NCBI GenBank assembly: GCA_951406725.2
Contig: OX597818.1
Coordinates: 73,842,001-73,906,000, forward strand
From: Octopus vulgaris
Taxonomy: Eukaryota
Direction: 5' to 3'
DNA length: 64,000 bases
Every line of letters starts with the position of its first letter. Within the stretch, counting starts at the first letter, position 1. This document shows positions 38,907-53,000 of the stretch, in pieces. A program made the position numbers and the translations under genes. The notes under the pieces were generated by a model. That model saw nothing but the letters and a program-made list of their open reading frames with translations, searched no databases and was not told where the DNA came from.

Positions 38907-41900
38907 ATGACATGCTTAGGATGTGGTAACCGTTATATTGGACAAACAGGAATTTCACTCCGTCGAAGAACCACCATTCACAAAGGGCAAATCCGCCACC
39001 CACAATACAGACAGTTACAGGTTAGTGAACACATAGATAAGTGTGCCAGGAACATTAATCCTAATTTCCAAATCTTCCTCTTCTATCAATGTTCACAGAA
39101 CACCACAATGCAACAAACGTTGAATAAAGAGGCATTTTTCATCAATAAATATCTCCCCCAACTAAATATGAACACACAACTTAATACAGAACACCACTAA
39201 CCCTTCAATTAAAACCACTAGCCCTTATACACTCCCTACATCATTCACATTACAATTCTATATCAAAATCCAGAACTACTTACCTCCCTTACAAATAATA
39301 TTTTCTCTCAGGAACTATTAGACGTGACACCGTTTATTAGCCGGTGTTTATTCAAAGCAATGAATAGCTTTGACGAAACCATGGCATGCTTTGCTTTCTG
39401 ACTTTTTAATCATCTCATAATAATGACTTTTATTACTATCTCACTCCATCTAAATGTATATATCTCTCGTTACCTTTCATAAAATGCCTTTTCTTTTTTT
39501 ATTTACAATGTGCATTTTCGTTGATTTTTTTCTTATTTTCCCCTTACATTTCCACGTGCATTTTATATTTTCTTTTTGTAACATATTTCTACTCTATTTC
39601 ACTACACGGGAGATTGAAAATGCCGCAAAATCCAAAACTCTGCAGTGAAAACTCTCAACGAAGAGACCCTTAAGGAACTGAAAGAGATTAACACAAATTT
39701 GAGACTTTTAATCAGCAAGATTGAAGAATTCACTTGCTTTACACAAGAGGCAAAAGAAAAAGAAGAGAAAGAACATCCTCTGGAACAACTCAATCAATAT
39801 TTGTCCGAATTATGCACCACTCTTCACTCTTTACCTCATAACAATTCTCTAAATGAAAATCCCCTATAGATGATACACAAGACAGCAATCCCTCCACACT
39901 TACACTATCTATTAAAAACCGCATTATCCACATATGGAATGAAAAACTTAAAGCCAGAAAATTTTCATTCTGGAATACGATTAAAAACAACTACAAGGCA
40001 GAAATCTACGAACGCTTGCTAAACTCTACACCAATAATTTTGCCTCGTAAATTCCAAATTAAACATATTCCAAACGAGCAAGAAACAACAAAGACAATTA
40101 AGAGAGAAACTAACACTGGAAAAAATGAAGACACAAATAGAACTCCTTAAGCTCAGAGTGCTAAGCAATGAACAAAAATTTAAAAACATAGATGAGGAGA
40201 ATTACAACGAACTACAGAAACAAGCAGATGGTCCTCGCTTGGAAAGTGTTTTTAAACTATGGAAAACAACTTGCGTGGATGAGGAAACCAACTCCTTACA
40301 ACGCTGTGATAAACAAGCCAATTTCTTTAATAACTACGGAACTCAGTTTAACATAGAAAACGCATCGAATAACTCCTTCCTGAAGAAAAATTAACGAAAA
40401 ACATACACAGAAATGACCCCACGTGTATCTAACACAAACCACAGACGGTCTGAGGGACACAACTCTACCATCTTCAACTCTCTTACTCCCCCAAATAACT
40501 ATCAAACAACTATCAATAATTAAACCCACAGTAGGAAATCTAGACACAATCCTCAAGGTATCCTACATACAAATCAATGATTTCATCGAAACCTCCAGAC
40601 TAACCTATATTTTGGGGAACCAATTCCTACAAAGAAGAACTTACCTCCGAGACTTTACACCCAACATAGCTGCCTCAACCAGTCAACTAGACAAAACCTG
40701 ACTAGATAACATAAATTCTCCCTCCACCAATATTACAATATTAAAAATCAATTAAACCCAAACCACATCAGCCACAGACGATATGACAACCCTCGGTACA
40801 ACCATAATCCAGTACGCTACACAGACACTTCACAAACACACTACCATAGACACACTTTACACCCATTTTTTCCTCAGCAAACCAAACAAAATACACACCT
40901 TCCACATCAATCCACCTACTACCACCATTTTTAGATGTAAACCAGAGAAACAGAGATGTGAAATGGAACAAAATAAACAAGACCAACCGAAAATAATCAA
41001 CCTGCCAAAGAAAATCCTGAGTTTTACGCAAACCAAAATCCTAGCAAGAGGTTTAAAATTTACCCCTACCCCACGCAGATCGAACCCAAATAAAATTAAG
41101 GACAATACTATGGATTTCTGCCGAAAATTACGCCTCAACTACACCAGTGGGTTACATAGAACTGAAGTTATACCAATCATCACTAGAAAAATATGGCGCC
41201 GCTTTTAATTGCTATTTAAAGGAGAACTGGAAGAGATATTTGGATGATTGCTTTATACTTTCGAAAGACAGCATGGATAAACTCCTTGATTTCAAATTAA
41301 TGCTTCACAACATACATAGTAATATACAATTCACTATGGAACACAACAATAAACAACTCCATTTTCTAGACATCTTAATTAAAATAGTTAACAACCACAT
41401 GGAAACAGATATTGTTTATAAACCCACAGATTCTAAACAATACCTATTATTTAACTCTTAGCACCCCAAACACATAAGAATTAATATACCATTTAATCTA
41501 GCGAAAAGAATCTGTACCATAGTTTCGGATACATATACACGTGAACAAAGACACCTTGAACTTAGATCAACACTAACTAAAAGACATTACCCAATCTCAT
41601 TAATAAATGAAAGCATTAAAAGATCTAAGGAAATAGATACACAAATATTAAGGCAAGCCAGCCGAAATACTAAACCAGACTTAAAAATACTCCCGTACAT
41701 TTCCACACGTAACCCTAGAAACAACGAAGTCTTCAAAATTATCACCCGAAATCTTCCCATCGTCACAGCAGCAAAACAATGTACAAAATTATAAGCTCAT
41801 ACAAAATTATAAAAAGTAAAAAGCAACCGAAGTCACTGAAAAAACATTAACCAGCGCAAGACTATATCCACTAACAACAGAACCAAAAGTGAAAAAATGT

Positions 41901-42710
41901 GGGCGTCCTAAATGTGGAACATGCCCCCACCTTTTGGAGGGTTCAGAATTTCACTTCAAACAAGGAGAAATATTTAAGATCAAATCAAATTTCACGTGCG
42001 CCTCGGAAAATATAATCTATGACATGCTTAGGATGTGGTAACCGTTATATTGGACAAACAGGAATTCCACTTCGTCGAAGAACGACCATCCACAAAGAGC
42101 AAATCTGCCACCCACAATACAGACAGTTACAGGTTAGTGAACACATAGAAAAGTGTGCCAGGAATCATAATCCTAATTTCCAAATATTCCTCTTCTATCA
42201 ATGTTCACAGAACACCACAATGCAACAAACGTTGAATAAAGAGGCATTTTTCATCAATAAATGTCTCTTCCAACTAAATATGAACACACAACTTAATACA
42301 GAACACCACTAACCCTTCAATTAAAACCACTAGCCCCTATACACTCCCTACACCATTCACATTGCAATTCTATATCTAAATCCAGAACTACTTACCTCCC
42401 TTACAAATAATCTTTTCTCTCAGGAACTATTAGACGTGACACCGTTTATTAGCCGGTGTTTATTCAAAGCAAAGAATAGCTTTGACAAAACCATGGTAAT
42501 TTTTCTTTCTGACTTTTTAATCAACTCATAAGAATGACTTTTATGACTTTTATTACTACCTCAGTCCATCTAAATGTATATATCTGTCGTTCCCTTTCAT
42601 AAAAAGCCTTTTCTTCTTTTATTTACAATGTGCATTTTCGTTGATTTTTCTTATTTTCACCTTACATTTCCACGTGTATATTATATTTTCTTTTTGTAAC
42701 ATATTTCTAC
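38907..42710 (+). mobile_element. Near full-length Penelope-like element in partial-tandem arrangement (~700 bp direct repeats 38907-39605 and 42019-42710); ORF decayed with a central RT deletion
   Basis: Duplicated MTCLGCGNRYIGQTG..LRRRTTIH GIY-YIG end; N-terminal region from 39645; ILARGLKFTPTP...FCRKLRL; GYIELKLY...WKRYLDDCFIL...FTME...FLDILI...TDIVYKPTDSKQYL. Confidence 0.93.
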
Positions 42711-42753
42711 TATATATATAAATATTCATGTGACCGCATGTGTATCGTTGGCG

Positions 42754-42811
<58 letters not shown>

Positions 42812-42849
42812 GTAAAATATATAAAAAGCGATTTATACATATTTAGACA

Positions 42850-43067
42850 TATTTGTTGGATGACCGTTGACTACTCATTAGTTCCTCCATTCTTTGACTG
42901 TTCATACTTTTCGCCCAGCATGGTGTGCAACAATCACCCACCTCACCAAGCAAGCCTAGCGTGATTGCTAGTTGAGTCGCCGACGACCCGACCCTGCAAC
43001 AGTGAGTACTGGATTACATGTTACTAGTAGCACTCAAGAGTGACCAGACAGTAGCTCTCATGAGCCC
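42850..43067 (-). repeat. Short copy of a non-coding repeat related to 45353-45890
   Basis: The reverse complement gagtgctactagtaacatgtaatccagtac...gggtcgggtcgtc...gcttgcttggtgagg matches 45361-45455. Confidence 0.7.
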
Positions 43068-43577
43068 ATAATACACACGTACATAAATACATATATTGTG
43101 TGAGTGTGTAAAAGAGAGAGAGAGAGATGAATTAAAGAGACTGTATCTGTACTTTTCAAAGTGATACAGAAGGGTGAATAGATCTTGATATCTTGTAATG
43201 GAACTTAAACGTTCATTCTTTTATTTATGACCTTCACTTTTTAATTCGCATACATCTAGACACAGCCAGTCATTTCTAGACGGCATCTCTTTATCATAAT
43301 GTTAAATTTACTTCCTCGTCCATTTTGTCCTCACACATGAATTTTTATTCATTTATTTATGGTTCCGTTGTTCATATTTGACGTCTCGATAAAACGGTTC
43401 CTTCTTGTTCTTAGCACACACTGAAGATTTACTGAATGTAACAAACCTTTAGAAAAATTGGAAAAGTACAGTCTAAGCATCAGTGATCTCTTCTCTAATT
43501 TTGAATATCGTTTGTTCTATTTGCACTAATATTATTATTGTTGTTATTGTCGTCGTTACTGTTGTTATTATTATTAA

Positions 43578-43626
<49 letters not shown>

Positions 43627-43699
43627 AGTTGTAGTAGTAGCAGTAGTAGTAGTAGTTTTATTATTATTATCATTCTTATCATTATCACTATTATTATTT

Positions 43700-43747
<48 letters not shown>

Positions 43748-43986
43748 TTGCGAAGATGACATTATGGAATATCACGGTTTGTTCACATTTAGAGTGTTGG
43801 TGAAAGCTTACAATTTTTGTTTGTTTGATTCATTTTCTCTCCACTAAGGATGATTGATGGGAAAACAGGATATATAAAACAGTATATAAAATCTTCATAA
43901 AGACTATATATAACAAAATACACGCACATTTAACGAAAACTAAACCGCCTGCTGTTTGAACAGAGACCGGAGATATAGACGTGCGC

Positions 43987-44017
<31 letters not shown>

Positions 44018-44179
44018 AGTGCTCGTGTTTCTTATTTATACGTGTGTTTATGTACACACATGTTTGTGTGCGTATATATATATATATGTATATATATGTA
44101 TATGTATGTAAATATATATATATATGTTTAAGTATATATGCATATGTATACATATATACATACACACACACACACATAC

Positions 44180-44245
<66 letters not shown>

Positions 44246-44586
44246 TTACATATACCCGCCTCATAGTTCTATAGAAATCAACCGATGGAAGTAAAAAGTC
44301 AGAGTGACAGAGTAAACAGTGCGGGACTGGATGAGACAAGAAATTGATCTCAATGCCTCTTACTCTCTCTAATGCTTTCAAACCAATCAACGATCAATCG
44401 TTATTTGTGTATGTGTATGTGTGGGAGAGAGAGAGACAGAGAAAGACAGAGAGTTAGAGAGAGAGTTTTATCACCGCGTATAAAATGATGGAATACTATG
44501 GTAAATATACTAGCCAAATTGTACGTATCACACGTTATTTATAATACTGAAAGAAGAATGATGTATGTATTAATTCGTCTCCATGT

Positions 44587-44623
<37 letters not shown>

Positions 44624-45047
44624 GTAATAGAGTGGATCTGTGCAATTTTGTGTGTTTGTGATTGTGTATTTTATGGGGCGATGGGAACTGTTGACGTTGA
44701 AGAAGAATTGGCTGAAAGAGACGAGTCATATGGGTCATTTTGAAATGTGCGTATAGTTGCATAGTAACAGACAAATTCTATACTGGAATATATCAACTGA
44801 AAATAAGTTGATGCTAAGTGGTGAATGTGGAGATAAATAGGGATGTTTGTAGGTTTGTCTATTTACAGAGAGGATATATTACAGAGAAAGTGAAGAAAAG
44901 TTTTTAGAAAATAAAGAACAGAGAGTAAACAAGAACGACATGATGAGAGACATGGGGAGATATTTATTGTAAAGATGAAAGTTTTAACGATGACGAAATA
45001 GGATGTGTGGAATATATGTAAGGAAGGGGAGAGAAAGAGAAACAGAG

Positions 45048-45100
<53 letters not shown>

Positions 45101-45352
45101 GATAGCTACATATATATGCTTCACATTTGTACCTGATTTGCAAGATCTTTTATATATGAATACGTGTGCTGAAGCACATATTGTGTCTGGGGAAAATCGT
45201 ATTGTCTTATTGCGTTATTATCTAACGCACTCACTGGTTCGATTTCCACCTTTATCGGAGCTGCGTTGTCTTTTTTTTACTGTCTGTACACATGTGTGCT
45301 TGTGTATGCACATATGCATGTAATGCATGTATATATATATGTGTATGTCAGA

Positions 45353-45895
45353 ACACTTTCGAGTGCTACTGGTAACATGTAACCCAGTACAACCTGTTGC
45401 ATGGTCGGGTTGTCAGACACTAAACCGGCAACCCACCAAGCTTGCTTGGTGAGGAGGGCGTTTATTGGACACCCAGCGGGATGAAAAATGAAAGCCGTCG
45501 AAAGGCGGAGAAACACTTGAGAGTCAACCCCCATCCAATAAATGTTTTAAGGCTGTATCATGCGCGGGGACATAGAAATAATCGAACTGAATACCCGATC
45601 GCGCGGTTAAACCATTGGGAGTGAAGGACTCCTAGCCTTTGTTAGGCCATCCTTTTGCAGAAGGTAACTCAGGTAACTTGGATAACTCCGACATAAAACC
45701 TGCTGCTCAATGGTTACCGATGATGTTGACTTGTTCTTCTTTTCGGATAATGGCTGTTGTTGCTTAGTAAGTGGGATTGACTCAGTGCACAGCCTTTCCT
45801 CACTTTAAAAAAATCTTCTTGCACAGGCATTGCACAATAACAACATTGATTAAGCTTCGTGCAATGGCCATACTCGATAAGGAGGGGGCAGCCAC
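45353..45895 (+). mobile_element. Non-coding repeat resembling an RTE-type 5' UTR (possibly a non-autonomous derivative)
   Basis: Contains an agaaggtaactc...aaaacctg motif like the RTE 5' UTR at about 35.9 kb. No ORF; sits in a microsatellite. Confidence 0.45.
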
Positions 45896-46309
45896 AATAT
45901 ATGTATGTATGTAAAAATTATGTATGGTTGTGTGTACGTATGTAAGTATGTATGTATGTATGTATGTATGTATGTATTCTGCATATTCATGTACTTGTAT
46001 GTGCATGTCCGTTTGTGTATGTGTGTGCGTGTTTTTCCCTGTATGTGTGCTTGTCTCCCTACATTACCTACATACCTATGTCTTTATTACCTATGTATCT
46101 ATCTATTTACTTACATATCCATTTCCTACACACTGACACGCAAACACACACACATATATACTACATACGTATATTTATATATATATATATCAATATATAT
46201 ATATATACGGATATATGTATATGTATATATATTTGCATGCATAACGGCCTACTAGAAAATGATCTTACGTATGTGTATTTTTGGGTGTTGGGTTACCATT
46301 ACCTTCTAG

Positions 46310-46620
46310 ATGTATTTCCTATTTAGTACCGGGAAAATTTCATTTGAGACCGTACTCCTGTATTTTTCTGAGTGATGGGTCCTTCGCATAAATGCATATG
46401 TCAAGTCAGCTTAGTATGCTTCTATGCTGGTCTTTGGCCTGTTGGTAGAATAAGGAGGACTGTTTTTTGTCATCATATTGCTTCAAGAGTTCATTTAATC
46501 TCCGCAATATTTCTAGATGTTTCTTCAATGTATGTCGTGTTTTTTTTTTTTTTTAGAAGTACACTCTATGCAATTTTTTGCACTATCCAGTGGGAATGAA
46601 TTTCAGTAACTATTAAGATA
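46310..46620 (-). mobile_element. GIY-YIG C-terminal fragment of the same PLE family as 7510-9450
   Basis: Manual translation TYIEETSRNIAE.LNELLKQYDDKKQSS...PVLNRKYI, compared with MYIGETSRSIAERLNEHLRQYDNKKQSS...PILNRKYT. Confidence 0.8.
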
Positions 46621-47260
46621 ATGTACTTTTAGTTATGGATGAATTAAGTTTAGCTATAACCTTTCCATTCTTATAAATATCAAGTAGCTATTTAACTTGC
46701 TATGTGAACGTATGTGCACCAAACCACACGTATGCGTATACTTACATCTTCATGGAGTCTTGTAAGAGCGAGTGTATAGGGCTTTTCGCGAAAATCCCTG
46801 TGCGTGACGGAAAATGAATCACATACAAGTTGAGCGAAACTCAACAAAATGAAAAAATTGTTTTACTCTCTTCTTTTCTTATTTCTCTCTTTTACCTCAG
46901 TATGATCCAACTTTTAATAATCTATAATTTTTATATTCCTTACCAATCATTTTTGATATTATCTACCCTTCCCCTCATTGAATTTTGTGAATATTTAATC
47001 ATTTGAACATCTTTTCTATTTCGTAATTTTGAATTTTTTAAATCTGATTGTTTTGTATACGTTTGTACCATTGATAAAAATGATAATTGTTGAAACTAGT
47101 TGTATGTAAATAAATTTATTTAAAAACAATTATATTTTTCTCAATTTCAGGTGCATTTTCAGAGACAAATTCTCCTATATGCATATATCATTCAACTACG
47201 GTAGCAGTTGAATAATATTCTTAACACCGCAATTTACTCATACGCAACACCTTCACAGTG

Positions 47261-47321
<61 letters not shown>

Positions 47322-47339
47322 GTGCGTGTATATGTTTGT

Positions 47340-47560
47340 GTGTCTGTGGTGTCACCCCCCCCCCTAAAAAAAACACGGCTTCACAACCAATGCTAATGTG
47401 TTTACGTCCCCGTAACTCAGCGGTTCGGCAAAACAGGCCGATAGAATAAGTACTAGGCTTACAAAGAATAAGTCTTGGCGTCGATTTGGTCGACTAAAGG
47501 CGGTGCTCCAGCATGGCCACAGTCAAATGACTGAAACAAGTAAAAGAGTAAAAGAGTAAA
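47340..47560 (+). mobile_element. 3' half of the bipartite SINE, preceded by a pseudo-LTR-like block (about 46820-47240)
   Basis: gtgtttacgtccccgtaac...ccgatagaataagtactaggcttacaaagaataagtc...gactgaaacaagtaaaagagtaaaaga. Confidence 0.85.
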
Positions 47561-47999
47561 ATAGTAACGACACCGCTACTTTGCAATTATTTTAATTACG
47601 CCACCTGTATTAATTAATGAAATTGTAACATAAAAATGAGAAAGATTAAATATTATCTAGATATTTTGGCAATAACCCAGCAATTTTGGTAATCTTGCAT
47701 TTTAACTTAAAGGCGTGTCCACGCATCTAAGCTGTTAGCTTACGGCGTTCGGTAAATTCCGTAGATTTATTTATTTATTCATGTTTGAGTGGAAACGTAC
47801 ATTTTATTTGAAGACAGCATAAAGTGAAAGAGAGAAGAAACGGACATGGAGGTGTGTATGTGTTGAGTGGGGTGCGAGACAGAAAATGAGTGGTGTGTGT
47901 ATATGTGAGAGAGAGGGGGGAGAGAGAGTGATGGTATACATGTTTTATATATTTTTCTCGCATCTTTTTTCAGTGAATATGAGTGATTGACTGAGAGAC

Positions 48000-48042
<43 letters not shown>

Positions 48043-48433
48043 GTGTGTTGTTTTGTGTATGTCTGTGGCTGAGAGAGACAGAGAGAGAATGAGAGAGAGG
48101 GAGCAAGAGTGATGGCATAAACTTTACTTAAATGCAAAAAGAAATTTTATGAGAACACACACCTTCACTCATACGCACAAATATAAAAAAACAAGTATGT
48201 ATTTATGCGTGTACTTTTATACGCCTGATTATGGATGTACGTATGTGTTTGTGTGCGTAATACTGACCCTAGTCATTTTACATATACATGACAGCTCTCT
48301 CTCTCTCTCTCTCTCTCTCATTCTCTCTCTCTCTCTGACAGCACTCCTCTCTCTCTCTCTCTCTCTCTCAGACAAACACGCACTAAAAAGATGCGAGAAA
48401 AAGTAAATACATCAAATTCACGCTATCACTTTC

Positions 48434-48464
<31 letters not shown>

Positions 48465-48479
48465 TTCTCTCTCCCTCAT

Positions 48480-48529
<50 letters not shown>

Positions 48530-48765
48530 GCTCTTTCTCTCAACTCAACTTGCAGTATTTTGAATTAACATATGCAACTACATATTATTTTTTATGTCAT
48601 TCGTATTAACTTATATAACCTAAGTTGAATAAGATTATTGAGAAGTACTTATAAAATAATAGCATATTGTAAACTCCTAATTTAAGTTCCCAATGAAATT
48701 GTTATCATTATTATTAGTATTAGTATTAGCATTAGTATTAATAGTAGTAGTAGTAGTAGTAGTTT

Positions 48766-48825
<60 letters not shown>

Positions 48826-49139
48826 CAGAAGTAGCAGCAGTAGTAGTAGTGGTAGTAGTATGTAAACATTTATGCATATATATGTATGTGCGTGTGTGTA
48901 TGTGTGCACATGTATATGTATACAGGACATAGAGAAAGAGAAGGAAACAAACAAACAAACAAACAAAGAGGAAGATATTGACTGATAGACAAACAGAGAG
49001 TAATAGAGAGATGGTATTGCTACAGTTGATGCAGCGATTGCAATGACGAGCATGATGATTTGGGGGAAAATGAAAATGAAATTAATAATGACAGAAAGAA
49101 CGAACTGTTGAAATGATATATATCTGCAAAAACGTGGCA

Positions 49140-49560
49140 CTCATCGAGCAGGAAACTTCGTTATACGAAGTTCATTGTGCAGAATATTCTCAAATCCCTA
49201 TGCTAACAGAGATGTGCCAATAGCTTTGACTATTTGTTTTGTAGTCAGTCGCCAGTCATCCATCAACCTGTGGTGAACACGATCAATGTTTTCCTCGGTG
49301 GTACAGTTGCAGAACGTTCGGGTCTTGAGTCATCTTCACGAATCTCCCTTCTCCTTCTAAATGTTCACTTTTGATAAAGTTGGAGTGTTTTCCCCTTACA
49401 TCGGAACCATGTCAGCATGAATGAACTTGGGGGCTAAATCCTCTTTCAGCAGGTACTTGAAAACTGAATGATCTCAAATTCCCTTGGTTTTCAAGAGAAG
49501 TCGCTGCTTCTTAATTTTCAAGTTTTCTTTCGACTGTCAGATACCAGTTTATCCGGAAAT
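49140..49560 (-). mobile_element. mariner transposase N-terminal fragment
   Basis: HSVFKYLLKEDLAPKFIHADMV...REDDSRPERSAT...TEENIDRVHHRLMDDWRLTTKQIVKAIG. Confidence 0.8.
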
Positions 49561-50318
49561 TTACAATGCCGTTATTAATAACGAGCATTGAAATTAAGGC
49601 ATGCAAGATTTCACATCTCTAACACCTCTCCTTCATTATCAGCATATGAAGCTTTCAGCCCATTCCCGTGCGATGATGGTATTGTATTACCATGATGATC
49701 ATGATGACAACGACGACGACGATGGCTAAGATAATGATGATGACGATGGTGATGGTGAAGACAACTATGCTGATGATTATAACGCTGATGGTAGGATATG
49801 TTGGGATAAAATGTGTAATTGTGTTGAATATGCAGAGAAGATATAACGGGATCAACATTACAAATCCATTCTTTCAAGACTGTCAGTGTTCGATCTTTGT
49901 AATCGCCAGTTTCAAAAGTTTTCCTCGTTACTGCTGCGTGTTCTCTGCCTTCAGTAGAACTTTTATTAATTGCCGTCACCAAAACTACCATGATGGAGCA
50001 CTACTGTCATAATTAAACTGTTTGTCTCTTTCTTTCTTTTCGATGGTGGGGAGGTTACCAGGAGTGTATTTTGTCAAAGTATGTTAAAAACATTATTTTC
50101 CTCAGTGCATTCGCTGGTGGTGATAGGATGGAACGGACTTATACTCAAACGAGAGACCTGGACCGAACGGTTACAACGGAGAGGAAACTACTAAAGCCTC
50201 CCAAGTCCAGGTTCTGAAACTGCCGATGGGTTGCATTTACCAACCAGATAAGGAAATCGTCGCTTCCACTATGCTTCCCCACGGTATTCGTAACATAAAA
50301 TTTACTTTCTCACACCTT

Positions 50319-50690
50319 TAGGGTGATTCAAAAGTCTACATACATAGGAAAAATTTATTTTTTTAATAAGAACCAATTTATAAGATTCCCTAGATCCCCT
50401 GATCTGATCCCTTTTGATTTCTATTTTTGGAGGCATTTGAAAGGCATGGGGTATCGCAGAAAGATTAAAGAAATCATTTGACGGAACGCATCACCATCTC
50501 ATTTGCACAAGTATCATCTGATGTACTATTACGAGTTCCCAATGAGTGGGGTAAACGTAATGCAATGTGTATTCAAAACGATGATAACCATACAGAGCCT
50601 GTTAAATAAAAGAAAAACTGTTCTTATAAACTGTTTTTTATATAAAAGATCAATTATTCCAATGTATGGCGACTTTTGAATCACCCTGTA
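50319..50690 (+). mobile_element. Internally deleted Tc1/mariner-superfamily element with ~30 bp TIRs
   Basis: Left agggtgattcaaaagtctacatacatagga; right tccaatgtatggcgacttttgaatcaccctg followed by TA; internal PRSPDLIPFDFYFWRHLKG remnant. Confidence 0.88.
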
Positions 50691-52256
50691 GTTCAACAGC
50701 TCTAACTTTGCACCATTGTTCTCGTTAGTAGATTCCAGTTTGCCACAAGAATTTGAATTATCTTTCTGATTTGTGGGTAATTTTACTCCTGCAGCAGCTA
50801 GTCGTGGAGGGGAGAGTAATATGGCATAGCACTGACTAAAATACATACTTCATATATATGTGATGGGGAGGGCGTATTGGTATACATGGCTTACACCTTT
50901 TCTTTTAAACATCTATTGAAAACATGACTTTGTATTGATTTAATCACTTTCAATTAGTTTATCTCATATCTTCGTATCCAACAAATCCATTTGGTTTTGG
51001 GCGAGAATGTCCTCAAAGTAATTTTATCAGCGATTCTGAAACCATACAAGCCTCATCTTCAGAAATAAAACCCAACATTCGAAACTGTATTTATACGACT
51101 CTATCTCTAGACAAACTTTTACATTAACAACAATGGCTACATCTGATTTCACAAAATACATAAAAAATTGTATATCTACACGGCGAAAATGAATGGCCAC
51201 TTAAGTACAAAATGTTAGAAGTACCAATCACTACTAAAAGCATTTACATTCTCTTCTACAAACGGAACACAAAATAAAAGGAATCTGCAAAATAAAATAA
51301 GCATTAATCAAAAATGGATACATATTCAAAGAGATTAGTAAACCGATTTATTGATTAATACAGACAGAAATATAATGCAGAAATACATGAGAATATATTC
51401 CACTCTGAACTAAAATGCATAAATTACACACAAAGTATAAGAATCAAATGCATGCCAGATATATAACATATGAAACCATATTAAAACATCTCATAAACAC
51501 AAAATAAGCCACACCAAAAAATATATTGAGATAAATAGTATGTTATATAAGGCAATAAGATCTAACATGTCTTTATTAACAATGCACCTCAACCATGTAA
51601 ACCTGAGAACGACCAAAGTAAATGATAAGTTTTCAATGAGAGCTGCAATCATCAGATTTTCGACAGCTACATGCACCAGATTTATACAACACTGTCTCGT
51701 AGGCTCATCAGGCATTTTAAATAAGAAACCTTTGCAACACAATATATCAAACACCATATAAAAATGAACATAGAACAATATTTGCAGAATATACATTCAT
51801 GCGTAATAGAATTACCCTAGGTAGTAGGCGATTGATTACAAAAGCAATATTAAGAATGCACAAAATATTTACCACTGGCATGCAATATACCGACAGTGCA
51901 ATGCAAATCAAATTACGTAGAATGAAGACTAGAGCAGTCAACTATTATCAGAAACGTCTGTGGAAACAGAAGTCCACTATTATAGATCCAAAGATGTTTA
52001 ACATTCTAAAACGATGGATGAAATAGCTCTGAAACATTATCGCAAGAAATAAACTGTATTTGAAGCACTAACACAAGAAAATTAAGGAAAACAAATAGGT
52101 TTTATTTTTCGATATAATACATACACGCACTTCCACACTGCCAGAACGACTCACACACACTCATATTCTTCGCTCATTTTTCTTTTCGTTTTCTACCACA
52201 TCCCCTCAGTTATTAAGCGTTCAACTAACACATCTGTTAAAATTTGCCATTCCAGT

Positions 52257-52294
<38 letters not shown>

Positions 52295-52303
52295 TATTAA
52301 TAA

Positions 52304-52348
<45 letters not shown>

Positions 52349-52382
52349 CAGTAGTAGTAGCAGCAGCAGCAGCAGCAGTAGC

Positions 52383-52428
<46 letters not shown>

Positions 52429-52661
52429 ACAATAATAATAAGCATAATTGAAAATAACAATAATAAATAATGATTATCATCACATTAAATCCTTTATGTA
52501 TATATATACACATTTATATACATATACTTCTATTGCATCTATTAGTAACTGTTGCAATTGTAACCTTAAAATGACACTGGTGCAGTTTCTTCAGGGACTT
52601 CACTTTAATATCCTTTGATAGAAAGTGTATATATAATATTATATTATGTTCGAGTAGTTAC

Positions 52662-52824
52662 AAGAATATAGGTAAGGGAATAATGTTTACAACCCAATCT
52701 TTTCCACTGGATATGAATATTGGTCAGTATCCCATGAGGGCACAGTTTTTTATGAATTACTGATCAACATACATATCCTGTGGAAAAGATTAGTTGTGAA
52801 CATTATTCTCCTGCCTATATTCTT
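52662..52824. repeat. ~160 nt imperfect hairpin upstream of a hammerhead
   Basis: aagaatataggtaagggaataatgtttacaac...tcagta pairs with tactgatc...gttgtgaacattattctcctgcctatattctt. Confidence 0.85.
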
Positions 52825-52925
52825 CAAAATACTTTTACTCCTGTATTCTTCTGTTTTATTCTTTCTAAACTGTGTTTTATTCCTTGTAAACTATAAATTT
52901 TCGCCGTCTAAAATATTTATACCTT

Positions 52926-53000
52926 GTCTCTGATGATGGGATACCCAGTGCACTTACATGCTTACCTATCACTTGGTGACCCCGGAAACGTCTGTAAGAC
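52926..53000 (+). ncRNA. Type I hammerhead ribozyme, probably partly degenerate
   Basis: gtct CTGATGA t gggatacccagtg...cacttggtgacccc g GAAA cgtctg TA agac: stem I gtct/agac, a long stem II and a GUA site. Confidence 0.65.

Noticed and set aside
51000-52100. A-rich, strand-biased block with short ORFs, possibly an old L1/Tx1-like 3' region
   Set aside because: No diagnostic motif could be read with confidence.
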